This document shows positions 63,239 through 64,000 of a DNA stretch of 64,000 bases, piece by piece. The stretch comes from an uncultured Thermotogaceae bacterium (GTDB taxonomy: Bacteria > Bipolaricaulota > Bipolaricaulia > Bipolaricaulales > Bipolaricaulaceae), in the NCBI GenBank assembly GCA_964516385.1, contig CAZEYM010000005.1, forward strand, positions 6,830-70,829, given 5' to 3'. A program made the translations under genes and the position numbers. Numbering within the stretch: the first letter of the stretch is position 1; each line of letters opens with the position of its first letter. Under the pieces are notes generated by a model. It saw only the letters and a list, made by a program, of their open reading frames with translations, was not told where the DNA came from and made no database searches.

Positions 63239-63799
63239 TTATAACCGCAGACGCCCGCGGGAGTAGGCGTCCAGGGCGGCCGCCAGCCCTTGGTCGGCGA
63301 ACAGCAAGGCGAGCTCGGCGGCGTGGTCGGCGGCCTGCTCCAACAGCGGGATGTCCTGTGGTTCGGGTGGGTGCAGTACGTACTCTGCCATGTCCATCCC
63401 GGGCGGCGGTACTCCCACGCCGACTCTTAGGCGAGGGACTTCGTCGGTCTCCAGAGCTCCTAACACCGAACGCAGCCCCTTGTGGGTGCCTGGTCCGCCT
63501 TGTGGCCGCAGACGAAGCTCGCCCACCGGGAGGTCGACGTCATCGAGCACCAGGAGCAGGTCGGCTGCTGGTAGGCGATAGCGTGCAACCAGGGCTCGGA
63601 CAGCGTCACCCGAACGGTTCATGTACGTAAGTGGGCGGAGCAGGAGAGCTCTCGGCCCTGCAGCCACTTCGCCCCAGGGGAATCGCTTCACCCTCCAGCG
63701 CCTTGCTCTGAGCAGCCTCTCCACCACCCAAAACCCCAGGTTGTGCCGGCTGGCCGCGTGAGCGACTTCTGGGTTGCCCAGCCCGACGATCGCCCTCAA
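63239..63799 (-). CDS. pth: Peptidyl-tRNA hydrolase
   Basis: IVGLGNPE..SRHNLGF N-terminus and the Pth layout. TTG start overlaps the L25 stop (TTGA). Confidence 0.9.
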   Translation of the reverse strand: MRAIVGLGNPEVAHAASRHNLGFWVVERLLRARRWRVKRFPWGEVAAGPRALLLRPLTYMNRSGDAVRALVARYRLPAADLLLVLDDVDLPVGELRLRPQGGPGTHKGLRSVLGALETDEVPRLRVGVGVPPPGMDMAEYVLHPPEPQDIPLLEQAADHAAELALLFADQGLAAALDAYSRGRLRL

Positions 63800-64000
63800 T
63801 CCTCTTCCTCAGCCTCCGCAGACTCCTCTTCTGCAAGCCCCTCCAGGCCTTCGCCAAGGCCTTCCTCAAGCTCGAGTGCAGCCTCGGCCGCCTCTTCAGC
63901 TTCCAGCTGTGCCTTGGCCAGGCCGCGGGGCGAGATCACCGTGACCACTGCTGTGTCCTCCGGAACCAAGGGCTCTACGCCTTCCCCCCACGGCAGGTCG
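63796..64000 (-). CDS. 50S ribosomal protein L25/Ctc, C-terminal fragment with long acidic tail; 5' end outside window
   Basis: Hand translation of the minus strand from 63999: DLPWGEGVEPLVPEDTAVVTVISPRGLAKAQLEAEEAAEAALELEEGLGEGLEGLAEEESAEAEEED, with the stop at 63796..63798. The LPEGVE..V..V motif and the position upstream of pth fit Ctc-type L25. Confidence 0.7.
   Translation of the reverse strand, partial: DLPWGEGVEPLVPEDTAVVTVISPRGLAKAQLEAEEAAEAALELEEGLGEGLEGLAEEESAEAEEED

Noticed and set aside
1-64000. CRISPR arrays, rRNA/tRNA genes, IS elements, integrases, prophage genes
   Set aside because: No regularly spaced direct repeats, no rRNA- or tRNA-like intergenic segments (all gaps are 213 nt or shorter), and no transposase, integrase or phage-type ORFs were seen in any frame.

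Overview
GC-rich, densely packed bacterial chromosome segment. It carries about 70 protein genes, many joined by 4-nt ATGA start/stop overlaps. I found no rRNA, tRNA, CRISPR array, transposase or integrase. Most content is housekeeping: thyX-dcd, panB, maf, nadK, murA, rho, hflX, dinB, ruvB, tsaB, rpmB, miaB, ribF, rpiB, pth and a truncated L25/Ctc. There is also a Firmicutes-style clpC-radA-disA block. Ferredoxin-based redox metabolism is represented by NfnAB-like genes and a four-subunit 2-oxoacid:ferredoxin oxidoreductase. Two ABC importers are present, one NMT1/SsuA-like and one family-5 peptide/nickel type. An ECF sigma/anti-sigma operon and a MarR-headed membrane redox/permease operon are also present. 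The standout is one uninterrupted 986-codon ORF (39957..42917). It appears to fuse an LptF/LptG-type inner-membrane permease to a seventh TM anchor, an OstA/LptA-like beta-jellyroll and an LptD-like outer-membrane barrel, which would make a single-chain trans-envelope Lpt bridge. Other envelope hints are a signal-peptide beta-barrel candidate and a TolB-like propeller. Smaller regulatory observations: (1) a consensus promoter plus CIRCE operator on hsp20; (2) a start-codon-sequestering hairpin on an orphan AAA+/PD-(D/E)xK gene; (3) a probable leaderless ABC operon; (4) a Trp-rich 24-codon micro-ORF that owns the Shine-Dalgarno site in front of a Cys-rich secreted protein. All functional calls rest on reading the translated ORFs and recalling family motifs. 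No alignments or database searches were run.
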